Below are positions 48,531-58,140 of a stretch of 64,000 nucleotides of DNA, in pieces. The notes beneath the pieces are model-generated. The model worked only from the letters and a program-made list of their open reading frames with translations, searched no databases and was not told where the DNA came from. A program made the position numbers and the translations under genes. Positions within the stretch are counted from its first letter, which is position 1, and each line of letters opens with the position of its first letter. This DNA is from an uncultured Fibrobacterota bacterium (lineage in GTDB: Bacteria; Fibrobacterota; Chitinivibrionia; Chitinivibrionales; FEN-1185): assembly GCA_963729895.1 (NCBI GenBank), contig CAVSQB010000028.1, positions 64,001 to 128,000 of the forward strand, in the 5' to 3' direction.

Positions 48531-48637
48531 CGATAATTCCGGTGATTCCGCGGGATTCGAGGATTTTGGGTGAGGGGAAGAGATGCTGTAGTCAGGATTC
48601 TTTCTTCCTTGCTCGGATCACGCAACCGTCAAACTGT

Positions 48638-48784
48638 GTGATAGCAACTCTTGTCGATAAGGACCTCGAGCCAGGTGCGCACAGCACAACATGGAATACC
48701 CGGAACATAGCCGAAGGTTGCTATACGGTAAGAATGCAGGCCGGATCATTTGCGGAGGTGAAGAGTATTTCGATTGTGCGATAA
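48638..48784 (+). pseudogene. Orphan fragment of a T9SS-like C-terminal domain
   Basis: VIATLVDKDLEPGAHSTTWNTRNIAEGCYTVRMQAGSFAEVKSISIVR, closely similar to the C-terminus of 8911-9897, with no upstream passenger domain. Confidence 0.6.
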
Positions 48785-48885
48785 TCCGGGGCGGCACACA
48801 GTGAACGATCCCGGGACTCGGCCATCCGGAATCTTGTGCATTGACAGAAAACAGAGCCCGCGTGGAACACGTGCGAGCGGAATAA

Positions 48886-49722
48886 TCACCGGCTGCGTAA
48901 CTGCTCTATCAGAATGCCCGCCCATTTCCGGTCGAATTCCCCCGGCCTGCATCCCACGCAACTGGCAACCCGGTTGCGGGACGCAAGTGCCCTCACCCGC
49001 GGAGTGTCCCCGGTATATTCCTTGCCGATCATGCCGAGCCTCGCCGTTGCATCGCTGTCCGACAAACAGGTCATCACAAAGAGGGTGCAGGCGCCGGTGG
49101 CGCCTTTATACTCCGCCGAGATCACGTTGTTGAGAAAGGACCGTGAGAGAAAGCCGCTTTTCCGGTACTGCTCGCTGCCGGAAATCTTCCCGGCTTCCGG
49201 CAGCAGCAGGAATTCAACGGGCAAGTGCGTATCGCCCGGGAGGCGGCCCGCTACTGCTTTCGCCAGGGACGCGAGGGTGGAATCAGGGACCGGCTTCGAT
49301 GATTTGTCAAGCACCTCTGCATACAGCGTTGATTTCCAGAAAGAGACCCGCAGCGGCTCGGCGGCCGATTCGGTCCCCGCCGCATGTGAGCGGGTTTCGT
49401 GCAATTGCCTGAACAGGCCGAATGAATACAGTGGAGAGCCCATTTCGAATACGGCGATCTCGAATTCGGCGCCCTTATTCCTCAGGCCGCGGTATTCCCG
49501 GACCGTGCACGTTTTGAGGCCGGCTTCGATGTACACGTCGGCGCCGCCGTCAATATACTCATACAGGTGGTTCGACGCATACTGCTCCGGCGCGGCCGTG
49601 GCCACAGCCGTGCCGATCGTGTCCGGCAGCAGTACTGGTTTGTCAACGGCGCCGGCACAAGCTGTCCCCAGCCATGCGCTGAGAAGAAGAACAGGCGTTT
49701 TACCTATAGCATTTATGCCCAC
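48886..49722 (-). CDS. DUF6599-like exported protein
   Basis: Signal peptide; LYEYIDGGADVY, FEMGSPLYSFGLF, GSEQY...FLS..FL; overlaps the upstream AKR stop. Confidence 0.7.
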   Translation of the reverse strand: MGINAIGKTPVLLLSAWLGTACAGAVDKPVLLPDTIGTAVATAAPEQYASNHLYEYIDGGADVYIEAGLKTCTVREYRGLRNKGAEFEIAVFEMGSPLYSFGLFRQLHETRSHAAGTESAAEPLRVSFWKSTLYAEVLDKSSKPVPDSTLASLAKAVAGRLPGDTHLPVEFLLLPEAGKISGSEQYRKSGFLSRSFLNNVISAEYKGATGACTLFVMTCLSDSDATARLGMIGKEYTGDTPRVRALASRNRVASCVGCRPGEFDRKWAGILIEQLRSR

Positions 49723-50822
49723 AGTGCACGTGCCCGGTCAAGCTGTTCATAAACGCCGAGTCCCTGCGGGCAGGCGGCATCGCATCGGCCGCACGAAGTG
49801 CACCGGTCCAATTGACCGGCCAGGCCCATTTCCCGGAACATATCTGCGGCCAGCACGGGATCATTTTCCGCATTGTGGTAATACCGGACGCACCGAACAA
49901 TATCCGCAATTGCCACCTTCTCCGGGCACGCGCCTTCGCATCGGCCGCACATTCCACACCCGGCATACTGCAGGTCGCCATGGGTGGGGAGCCACCCGAT
50001 CCTTGCCGCATTGGCCGCTGCACTCCACGAATTCAATTCTTCCAGGGTCTTTACGCCTTTGCAGACCGAGCAGACGACCCCGTCCGACAATGCCGCGGTT
50101 ATCTGCGCAGGGTATGCCGTGTCATCCAACTCGCCTTTTGTCTTCATCGCAAGCAACCCTATGCCCTTCTTCTTCAGCACCTGCCGCTGCGGCCCCAGTT
50201 CTTTCACTTGAACAGGACCGTAACTGGGCATCACGCACGAGATGAAATCGGTCCCCGCTGCAAGGTCGATGCATTCGGCCATGTTTTTATGGACCGTTAT
50301 GCCTGCAAAATTGACCATTCCCTTGTCGTGCCAGTCCATAAATTTCTTTCGCAGTTCCGGGAGTTCCTTCTTGAGCGCGTCGGGATCGGTCCGGGCGAAA
50401 AACAGGAAATCCACCGATGAAACGCCCAGTTTCTTGAATGCCTCCTCAATCGAATCGAAATTGTCCTTGAGCCCGATATGCACTTTGCCGGCGTGGCCCT
50501 TTATCGCGCCGGCCACCATCTCAATGCCTCTGCCGTTCATGTACGCGGACGAGGTATGGATAAAATTGACTCCTTTGTCAATTCCGGCGTTTATCGGTTC
50601 AAGCTCTCCGCGCGTGGTGCCGATGCTGAACGCCGAGATATATATCCCGGTTTTTCCCACCTCCCGGTAGTTCATCCCCGGCTTGAAGTTGCGGATGTTC
50701 TTGCCCGCGTTTTTCAGGGTGTCGACCGCCTGCGCCTTCACTTCGTTGGCAGCGAGGGCCAATCCGATCCCCGCAGCTCCTAGTTTCTTCACAAAAGACC
50801 TTCTGGAACATCCGGTACCCAT
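49713..50822 (-). CDS. Tat-exported aldo/keto reductase-like protein with 4Fe-4S dicluster
   Basis: Twin-arginine SRRSFVK; YREVGKTG, GLLAMK; CGMCGRCEGACP and CTSCGRCDAACP. Confidence 0.85.
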   Translation of the reverse strand: MGTGCSRRSFVKKLGAAGIGLALAANEVKAQAVDTLKNAGKNIRNFKPGMNYREVGKTGIYISAFSIGTTRGELEPINAGIDKGVNFIHTSSAYMNGRGIEMVAGAIKGHAGKVHIGLKDNFDSIEEAFKKLGVSSVDFLFFARTDPDALKKELPELRKKFMDWHDKGMVNFAGITVHKNMAECIDLAAGTDFISCVMPSYGPVQVKELGPQRQVLKKKGIGLLAMKTKGELDDTAYPAQITAALSDGVVCSVCKGVKTLEELNSWSAAANAARIGWLPTHGDLQYAGCGMCGRCEGACPEKVAIADIVRCVRYYHNAENDPVLAADMFREMGLAGQLDRCTSCGRCDAACPQGLGVYEQLDRARALWA

Positions 50823-51004
50823 GGGCAACGTCCTTTCTGTAGATTGATGACGCCAGGAACTCGTTTGATGCCTTTATTAGATTTCGCGCGATCCGTGTTT
50901 CGTTACATCCCTTTCCGTGCCTGCCGCTTCTTTTCTTTCGGGTTCATGCTCAAAGATTTGGAAGCAAATTACGTTCCCATTTCCCCTCATCATGCCCTTT
51001 AGTC

Positions 51005-51140
51005 TTGACTCCCTCCTTGGTGTAAGTACACTAAAAGGGGAAATGGTTTGATTGCCTCACTATCGCACGCACAACATTCACCCCGAAACTTCGGTTCGGT
51101 GAAAAGCATTGCCGGCTCACCATTTCCAGGATCCCCTGTG
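51005..51140. ncRNA. Candidate promoter plus small structured RNA
   Basis: TTGACT-16 nt-TACACT, then GGAAATGGT...ACCATTTCC closing stem with an inner cTTCGg-capped hairpin. Confidence 0.35.
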
Positions 51141-51384
51141 TATATTATTACTCGGGTAGGAATAAATGCCCAAAATTGCGGCAATTGTGCTGGAAAATAG
51201 ATGTCTTATTTTGCGCATATTTAATTGCCGGAGTAATAATGGTATAATCACACGGAAGGCGTCTTCGTGAACAGGTGGCGGCGCCACTTGTATCGCTATG
51301 ACGGCGCGGCAGATTCGTTTGTCGCCCGCACCGGCGGCGCCTGGTGAGCGAAACACCGTTCCATAAAACCAGGGGAGAAATCGA

Positions 51385-51849
51385 ATGGCAAAGTGCCTGG
51401 GATGCGGGAATACGTTTTCGGTCTCCATTTTCGACTTGTCAAAAGATCAGTTGTGTCCCAACTGCAGCCGGGCCGCCAAAGTCAAGTCGAAGCACGAGGA
51501 TGATGAAAAACTGGTTGCAGAAGAGAAACAGGCGCAGCTGGAAAGCGAACTCACCTCCGGGCAGGTTCTCTTGTCCACGGGAGAGACGGACAGGCGCTAT
51601 CAGGTCATCGACGTTATCTTTGCGATTGACTCCGCGGACCAGAGTGCGCCCAACCGCCCCGCGGGCGTGGACCCCGGCGTCGTCTTCAACAAAGTGAAAA
51701 TGCAGTTGAGACGCCAGTGCAAGGCCCATGGCGGCGACGCCGTGATCCACTGCCGATTCTCCCATCGGGTCGCCGCCGGGGCCGATCTGCCCGGCGGGAA
51801 GCAGACGTTGGAGATATTTGCCTATGGAACCGCAGTAAAATTCGCGTAG
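51385..51849 (+). CDS. Zinc-ribbon plus YbjQ/heavy-metal-binding-like domain protein
   Basis: CLGC...CPNC; LRRQCKAHGGDAVI...IFAYGTAVK; extended -10 TGGTATAAT at 51240-51248. Confidence 0.75.
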   Translation: MAKCLGCGNTFSVSIFDLSKDQLCPNCSRAAKVKSKHEDDEKLVAEEKQAQLESELTSGQVLLSTGETDRRYQVIDVIFAIDSADQSAPNRPAGVDPGVVFNKVKMQLRRQCKAHGGDAVIHCRFSHRVAAGADLPGGKQTLEIFAYGTAVKFA

Positions 51850-51875
51850 AAATACAGCAAAGAAGGAGGTCTCCT

Positions 51876-52616
51876 ATGAAGATCCATCATGGTGCCGTGC
51901 GGACAATTGCCGTTTCAGCCGTTGCGGGAATCGCCGCTTTTCTGGCGGGTTGTGCGCAAGACAACATCAGCGATGAGTTCGCGCGCATCGCTTCGGAGGA
52001 AGTTTCGAACATGGACGCCAATTCGAGCGGCATGGTTACTCAGGGCGCAACGGCCAAACTCCAGGCCGCGGCCCCAGACACGGTAACCTATGACCTGACA
52101 ATTCATCCCTACTCGTGGGATTCCACAAATGATTGTTATGTGCGCACCGCCACACTTATCTGTTCGGACGGGTTTGAGCGGGTCCGCGTAGACACACTGA
52201 CCTTTTACGGCGCCGGGGGAAAACTCCGGTATCCCACCCTTGCCACCGTTGATTCAATCCATCACGTCCGCCACGTTAGTCGCGACAAGGGCGGCAACGA
52301 GCTGGACATCACCGTGGACATGCATTCCATTCTCAGTCTAATCGGGCAGGCAGGCAATTACACCCATGTGAAGAACGGCACCATCACCGGCACCTTTAAC
52401 GGCGAACCGACCGCCACCGGCGCGATCACCAACGTGACGCGTGATTACGTGAACGGCCAATGGGATTGGTTCCCGCGCAGCGGGAGCATTGTCGTCGATT
52501 TTCCTCACCGCACCTATGAGGTCGATTTTATCGGCATCGGCGAAGTCAGGTTGACAATTACAAACACGGTAACCGAAAAGACAAGGGTACTAACCATCGC
52601 CGTTGACCAGCAATAG
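51876..52616 (+). CDS. Hypothetical lipoprotein
   Basis: AGGAGG RBS; lipobox LAGC; beta-rich body. Confidence 0.75.
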   Translation: MKIHHGAVRTIAVSAVAGIAAFLAGCAQDNISDEFARIASEEVSNMDANSSGMVTQGATAKLQAAAPDTVTYDLTIHPYSWDSTNDCYVRTATLICSDGFERVRVDTLTFYGAGGKLRYPTLATVDSIHHVRHVSRDKGGNELDITVDMHSILSLIGQAGNYTHVKNGTITGTFNGEPTATGAITNVTRDYVNGQWDWFPRSGSIVVDFPHRTYEVDFIGIGEVRLTITNTVTEKTRVLTIAVDQQ

Positions 52617-52673
52617 TCATGCAGCTGGACGGCCCGGTGATCAAACAACAATGCAGTACAGGGAAATAACGCC

Positions 52674-53504
52674 GTGAAGAAGTTCGCGCTTTTGCTATGT
52701 GCGGTCCTCGGAATTTTCAACTGTGTCAAGAACCATCAGGCCGTGACGGCGCCGGCAACGGTTACGCCCGTGGGCATGAAACTGATTTCCGCGGCAGGCA
52801 GAAGTTTTCAGATGGGGGAAGTCGGCATTGCCGAGCCAGTCCACACGGTATCGTTTACGCAGGATTTTTATATGGACAGCACCGAGGTGACGCAGGCTGA
52901 GTACGAACGGGTGACGGGAGAAAATCCGTCGAACTTTACCGGCGATTCCACAAACCCGGTTGAACAGGTGACCTGGTTTGCTGCGGTGCTGTACTGCAAC
53001 GCGAGGAGCAAGCTCGAAGGGAGAGACACCGTGTATACCTACACGGCGGTCGATCTGTCGGGCAGCTCATGTGACGGTCTTGCCGGCATTTCGGCCGCCA
53101 TGTTGACAAAGGGTTACCGTCTGCCCGCGGAGGCGGAGTGGGAATATGCTTGCAGGGCGGGGACAGCCACCGAGTACTACTGGGGAGACAGCATCGACGG
53201 GAATTACTGCTGGTATTACGCCAACGGCGGCGATTCCACCCATCCTGTCGCGCAGAAATTGCCGAATGCGTGGGGATTGTATGATATGAGCGGAAACGTT
53301 GCGGAATGGTGCCACGACTGGTACGAAGGGTATTCGGCAGGTGCGGCAACCGACCCGACCGGGCCGTCAACGGGCACAGGCCGCGTTGTGCGCGGAGGGG
53401 CATGGAACAACGTCAACGATTCCTACAGTTCCGCATACCGCGGCGCCAACGACCCGACCACGGGCTACGGCAACCTCGGGTTTCGAGCCGTTTTGCCGTG
53501 GTGA
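52674..53504 (+). CDS. Formylglycine-generating-enzyme (SUMF1/FGE-sulfatase) family protein
   Basis: FYMDSTEVTQ, PVEQVTW, YRLPAEAEWEYACR, PNAWGLYDMSGNVAEWC.DWY, RVVRGGAW, LGFR. Confidence 0.9.
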   Translation: MKKFALLLCAVLGIFNCVKNHQAVTAPATVTPVGMKLISAAGRSFQMGEVGIAEPVHTVSFTQDFYMDSTEVTQAEYERVTGENPSNFTGDSTNPVEQVTWFAAVLYCNARSKLEGRDTVYTYTAVDLSGSSCDGLAGISAAMLTKGYRLPAEAEWEYACRAGTATEYYWGDSIDGNYCWYYANGGDSTHPVAQKLPNAWGLYDMSGNVAEWCHDWYEGYSAGAATDPTGPSTGTGRVVRGGAWNNVNDSYSSAYRGANDPTTGYGNLGFRAVLPW

Positions 53505-53507
53505 GGA

Positions 53508-54596
53508 TTAATAGCCGGCAAACAGCCTTCCCCATTCCGTATTCATAAATTTCTTCACCCGGTTCCTGCCGATCAAGGGATACCAGAGAAAATCGTGGTA
53601 CAGGGTCGACGCCAGCGGAGCCCATACGACAAGCGGCGAGTGGAGCATCGGTTTTTCCAGAAAACGCAACGGTCCTCGGCGAAGCATCTGGTCTCCCCAG
53701 ATGACAAAACTCCGCCGAGTGCCAAACCCGAGATTGTCTTTTGAAATATCATCCCCCGTGCGGTCGATCTTTTTCAAATCACCCACGCCCAGGCCGCGTT
53801 CATGGCACATCCGGATGTACGGGATATTTAAAGGGTCAAAGCCCATGAGCGATGCCGCAACCGCATCAAGCGCAACGCAATCCCCGCTTGCCAGAATATA
53901 GTTGCCGATCACCGGGACCATGGTTCGGGGCCCGGCGCCGTTGCCGCATACCGTTCCGTCCATGACGGCGAACATTCCCGGATGAAGTTCTTTCTGCATG
54001 ATCATAAGGTCCACGAGGACTTCATGGATGTATTTGTGCGCATAGTGCCGTATTTCCTTGAGAAGGCCGCCGAACGCGTTCTTGACCGCGCCGGTGGTGA
54101 TCGAATGTCCGTGGGTCTTTACCGTCGGAAGATGAAAGACGTTCTTGCCTATCAGGAGCTTGGGGATTTCAATACCTTCGGGAAAGATCCGGTCGAGCCT
54201 GAGGAGTTTCCCGCCAAAATCGTAGTGTGTCCATCCCTGTTCGGTAAGCGGGAAGAACCGCAGGCCGTATCGTTCCAGCACCGGCAGCCATTTGTTGCTT
54301 CGCGCGCCTTTCCACGGATCGGTAACGACCGTCCTGTTTTCCACCGCAAACAAGGAACTGCGGTCGAACCCGTCGTTGAGGAGCGTCTTGACCGTTCCTT
54401 CAACCTGCCATGGCTGGGAGGAGCAGGCGGGAAAATATTTTGTCCACGACAAATTCAGTTTTATCACCGTGTCGTTACTTTTGGAAATAAAGCTCCGGTA
54501 ATCCGCAAGGTCCATCAATTTCTTGTAATCGTCGATCACCGTGCGCGGCGATGTCCTGAGAACCGCAACCACGGCGCGTCCCGAGTTATTTGACAT
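53508..54596 (-). CDS. DUF362 domain protein
   Basis: IKLNLSW, HLPTVKTH...TGAVKNAFG, MDGTVCGNGAGP, DCVALDAV...MGFDP. Confidence 0.85.
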   Translation of the reverse strand: MSNNSGRAVVAVLRTSPRTVIDDYKKLMDLADYRSFISKSNDTVIKLNLSWTKYFPACSSQPWQVEGTVKTLLNDGFDRSSLFAVENRTVVTDPWKGARSNKWLPVLERYGLRFFPLTEQGWTHYDFGGKLLRLDRIFPEGIEIPKLLIGKNVFHLPTVKTHGHSITTGAVKNAFGGLLKEIRHYAHKYIHEVLVDLMIMQKELHPGMFAVMDGTVCGNGAGPRTMVPVIGNYILASGDCVALDAVAASLMGFDPLNIPYIRMCHERGLGVGDLKKIDRTGDDISKDNLGFGTRRSFVIWGDQMLRRGPLRFLEKPMLHSPLVVWAPLASTLYHDFLWYPLIGRNRVKKFMNTEWGRLFAGY

Positions 54597-55467
54597 ACAG
54601 TATTATCCCTGTTGTTGCGAGCCACAAAAGGATATTGACGTACAGCGGCTTGTCGGTGATGAGAATGCTTTCGGGGTTGCCGCCTTCCTGCTTCTTCTGG
54701 ATAAGGTACAAATATCTGAAAATGCCGTACAGGACGAATGGTACCGTAAACAGAAGGTTCTGGGTATGGAATTTTACCTTCGTGCTCTCCGACACCGTAT
54801 ATAAGGCATAGGTGATCACCGTGGCCGCGGCAACCACGGATATCATCTGGTCGAGCAAGCCGATGCTGTATTCATTCAGCACTTTTCTGTGATGCGCGGC
54901 CCCTTGCGTGTCCAGCAGAAACTCGTGCCTGCGCTTTCCCAAGGCGAGAAAAAGGGACAGAAGCAACGTGCAGATGAGGATCCATGAGGAGATTTCAACA
55001 TGAATAACGAATGCGCCTGCTGCGACCCTCAGCACGAAAAGGACCGCAATGACAAAAACGTCGACGATGACGATTTTCTTGAGTACGAGCGAATAACAGA
55101 TCTGAATGACGAAAGCTGCGGCACAGACGAAAAAAAACTCGCGTCCTAGTGCACATGCTCCTGCAAGCGAGACGACCGCGCATGCGGCAATCAGAACGGT
55201 CGACGGGCCGGTCCCGATTTTTCCCGAAGCGATAGGGCGCCTCGATTTGACCGGATGCGACCTGTCGTTTTCCCTGTCGCAGAGATCGTTAAATACATAG
55301 GATGCGCCTGACAACAGGCAATACACCAGAAATGCCGCGGACGTCAGTAGAAGCAACCGGGGGTGAAAAAGACTCTGAGAAAAGAAAAGAGCCGCGAACA
55401 GGAACAAATTCTTGGTCCAGTGCGACGGCCGCAGCGAAATAATGTAATCGGAAATTCCGGAATTCAC
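54586..55467 (-). CDS. UbiA-family prenyltransferase (decaprenyl-phosphate phosphoribosyltransferase-like)
   Basis: LRPSHWTKNL, YVFNDLCDRENDRSHPVKSRRPIASG, LALGKRRHE, YGIFRYLYL. Confidence 0.9.
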   Translation of the reverse strand: MNSGISDYIISLRPSHWTKNLFLFAALFFSQSLFHPRLLLLTSAAFLVYCLLSGASYVFNDLCDRENDRSHPVKSRRPIASGKIGTGPSTVLIAACAVVSLAGACALGREFFFVCAAAFVIQICYSLVLKKIVIVDVFVIAVLFVLRVAAGAFVIHVEISSWILICTLLLSLFLALGKRRHEFLLDTQGAAHHRKVLNEYSIGLLDQMISVVAAATVITYALYTVSESTKVKFHTQNLLFTVPFVLYGIFRYLYLIQKKQEGGNPESILITDKPLYVNILLWLATTGIILYVK

Positions 55468-55552
55468 CGCATTCTCTCTTTATGCGAAGTGACGGTGGAG
55501 GCGACAAAATATGTTTCGGCCCCAAGCAGTATCTTACGGCGGAAACGCGCCG

Positions 55553-56488
55553 CTACCTCCCCTTCTCCTCGTCCAGATACTTTAACTCCCTGTACAATGT
55601 TTCCGTGAGCGGCATCTTCGCCCCGGCTTTGAGCGCGGCTCGCAGCGGGTTCCCGAAGATCGATTCCACTTCCATGGGACGCTTCTCGTCGAAATCGATT
55701 TTCATGCTGGTGCGGTACGGCGGCATCACGTCGGTGTACGACAGCATCTCGTTGATAAACGATTCCTCAATGAGGTGGCCGCAGGCACGTGCGCCTGCGG
55801 CCACCTCCGCCATGAGGTCGGCGGCAAGCCTGCGTGAATGGGGATTCCTGTTGAGAGCGTCGGTTGATGCCGACAGCACCACCGAAAGGCCGCTGTACGG
55901 CACGTTCCACACGAGCTTCTTCCAGCGCGCGGTGCCGAGGTCCGGCTCGGTCTTCGCCGTTATTCCTGCCTTTGCAAAGTCGGCGGCGATTTCCCTGACC
56001 AGCGAGGTGATGCCGGCAGGCGAGCCGTCTTTGGTGTACTGGGCAATGGTGACACGGCCGAAATCGAGATGGTAAAGGTGTCCCGGCCCCACTTTGTTCA
56101 CACACACGAAACAGAGAACGCCGAGCACGCGGTCCGGCCCCACGATCTGCGCGACATTCTCTTCGTAGCCGATGCCGTTCTGCATCACGAGCGTCGCGCC
56201 GTCTTCCTTGACAATTGCAGGAAGTATGCGGGCCAGATCGTAGTTTGCCGTGGTCTTAAGGGTGATTGCAACCACGTCGCACTTCGGCATGCTGCGCGCG
56301 TCGTTGTACACGTGTACATGCGGCACTGCGAAATCGCCGTCTTTTGAGTCCACAACAAGGCCGTGGTCGCGGATGTGTTCGTAATCGCTGCGAGCAAGAA
56401 AATGAACATCGAAGCCTGCGCGCGAAAGCAAGGCGCCGTAGAAACCGCCCACAGCGCCGGTACCGATAATTGCGTAGGTTCTGCTCAC
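55553..56488 (-). CDS. panE: 2-dehydropantoate 2-reductase
   Basis: IIGTGAVGGFYG, MQNGIG, WKKLVWN, TSMKIDF...PMEVESI. Confidence 0.9.
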   Translation of the reverse strand: MSRTYAIIGTGAVGGFYGALLSRAGFDVHFLARSDYEHIRDHGLVVDSKDGDFAVPHVHVYNDARSMPKCDVVAITLKTTANYDLARILPAIVKEDGATLVMQNGIGYEENVAQIVGPDRVLGVLCFVCVNKVGPGHLYHLDFGRVTIAQYTKDGSPAGITSLVREIAADFAKAGITAKTEPDLGTARWKKLVWNVPYSGLSVVLSASTDALNRNPHSRRLAADLMAEVAAGARACGHLIEESFINEMLSYTDVMPPYRTSMKIDFDEKRPMEVESIFGNPLRAALKAGAKMPLTETLYRELKYLDEEKGR

Positions 56489-56518
56489 GCTGACGGCAAC
56501 GGGGGAAGCGCGGTTGCG

Positions 56519-58033
56519 CTACTCCGGATTCGCAAGCGGCGGCTGCCGCAGCTTGATGGAGATAAGTTCCGGGTGCTTGTAATGAACAATTGAAAGGAGC
56601 CCCACAAAGAGGAAACCGGACGAATACAAAACCAGGAACGGACTCACCAGCGCGTTGGAGAACCCGATAAAAACCCACAGGCCGGTGAGGCAGTAAAGGC
56701 CGAAAAAGAGCTCGATGATCCACGTGATGTCTTTGAGCGGTTTGTAGGACGTCTTTGACGCCTGTCCCTTCTTGGGAGTGCGAAGAAAATCGGAATCTTT
56801 GCGGAACAATGCCTCAAGCACCGCCTTTGCGTTGTTGACCGCCAGTCCGGTCCCGATAAGCATCATTGCCGGAACAAGCAGAATTTTTCGCCGGACCTTG
56901 TTACCAAGATAATGCTGCGAGATCATGTACATGCTGGCCGGGCCGCTTGTGGCCAGCACCATGGCGCAGATCACGCACGCCAGCAGAACCGGGTGCATAT
57001 AAACCTTGACAAAAAACAGGACCGGCGTGGTAAGGAACGCGAGCATCAGCATGAGCGGGTGCACGGTGTAATGCGTGAGGTGAAGGATGGCCTGGAAAAA
57101 TTTGAACAGGGGAAGCTTCTTTGCGCGAAGCATCGGAACAATTTTGAGGGCCGTTTGAATGGACCCTTTTGCCCACCTGAACTGCTGGTTCTTGAATGCA
57201 TTGATGTCTTCCGGGAGTTCGGCGGGGACTTCGAGGTCCGGCACGTATTCGGTTTCCCAGTCCTTCAGCTGCATGCGATAGGAAAGGTCCATGTCTTCGG
57301 TAAGGGTGTCGTGGTGCCATCCGCCGCTCGATTCGATCGCCTCGCGGCGGAACACGCCGGCAGTGCCGTTGAAATTCATGAACAATCCGTTCCAGCTCCG
57401 CGCCGCCTGTTCAACCATGAAGTGTCCGTCTATTCCCATGGCCTGGCCGCGTGTGATAAGGGACGCGCTGCTATTCAGGTGCGCCCACCGTCCCTGGACA
57501 AGGCCCAGTTTCGGCCTGTTGATAAAGAAGCATATTGATTTCTTGAGAAAATCCGGATGCGGCACAAAGTCTGCGTCGAAGATGGCGACAAATTCGGCAT
57601 TGGTGAAATTGAGGCCGTACTGCAAAGCTCCCGCCTTGAAACCCGTGCGGTTGGGCCGGCGCACTACGGAAATGTTGTGGCCTTTCTTCCTCAGGTCTTC
57701 CACCGTTTTGTCGACAAGGGCGAGCGTTTCGTCGGAACTGTCGTCGAGCACCTGTATCTCGTGCCTGGAAACAGGGTAGTCCATGGCTGCGGCGGCCTCA
57801 ATGATACGTTTGGCAACGGTCTTTTCATTATACATTGGAAGCTGGGTGACGACGAGAGGGTATTGCTTTTCGTCTGTTACGTTATCGAAATAGACCATGG
57901 TCTTGCGCTGAAAGCTGAGCCGTGAGTTTCGTTTCTTGAGGTAGAGATAGGTCAGGATGTAACACTGCGCGCCGTAGGCCAGCAATGCAATGGAGCACAG
58001 GACGTAAAGCGAACACACGATGACTGGAATCAT
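56519..58033 (-). CDS. GT2 processive glycosyltransferase (cellulose-synthase-like)
   Basis: QLPMYNE, LDDSSD, GFKAGAL, IFDADF, TEDMDLS, QQFRW (D,D,D,QxxRW); flanking TM helices. Confidence 0.9.
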   Translation of the reverse strand: MIPVIVCSLYVLCSIALLAYGAQCYILTYLYLKKRNSRLSFQRKTMVYFDNVTDEKQYPLVVTQLPMYNEKTVAKRIIEAAAAMDYPVSRHEIQVLDDSSDETLALVDKTVEDLRKKGHNISVVRRPNRTGFKAGALQYGLNFTNAEFVAIFDADFVPHPDFLKKSICFFINRPKLGLVQGRWAHLNSSASLITRGQAMGIDGHFMVEQAARSWNGLFMNFNGTAGVFRREAIESSGGWHHDTLTEDMDLSYRMQLKDWETEYVPDLEVPAELPEDINAFKNQQFRWAKGSIQTALKIVPMLRAKKLPLFKFFQAILHLTHYTVHPLMLMLAFLTTPVLFFVKVYMHPVLLACVICAMVLATSGPASMYMISQHYLGNKVRRKILLVPAMMLIGTGLAVNNAKAVLEALFRKDSDFLRTPKKGQASKTSYKPLKDITWIIELFFGLYCLTGLWVFIGFSNALVSPFLVLYSSGFLFVGLLSIVHYKHPELISIKLRQPPLANPE

Positions 58034-58140
58034 AGAATTCTACCCGTTTTGAAAGAGTAAGAAAGTGAGGCTGTCCTCATGACATCCCTGTGCTCTTGTG
58101 GGCGGCACAAGAAATTTAACAGGGAAGTAATATAATATAT

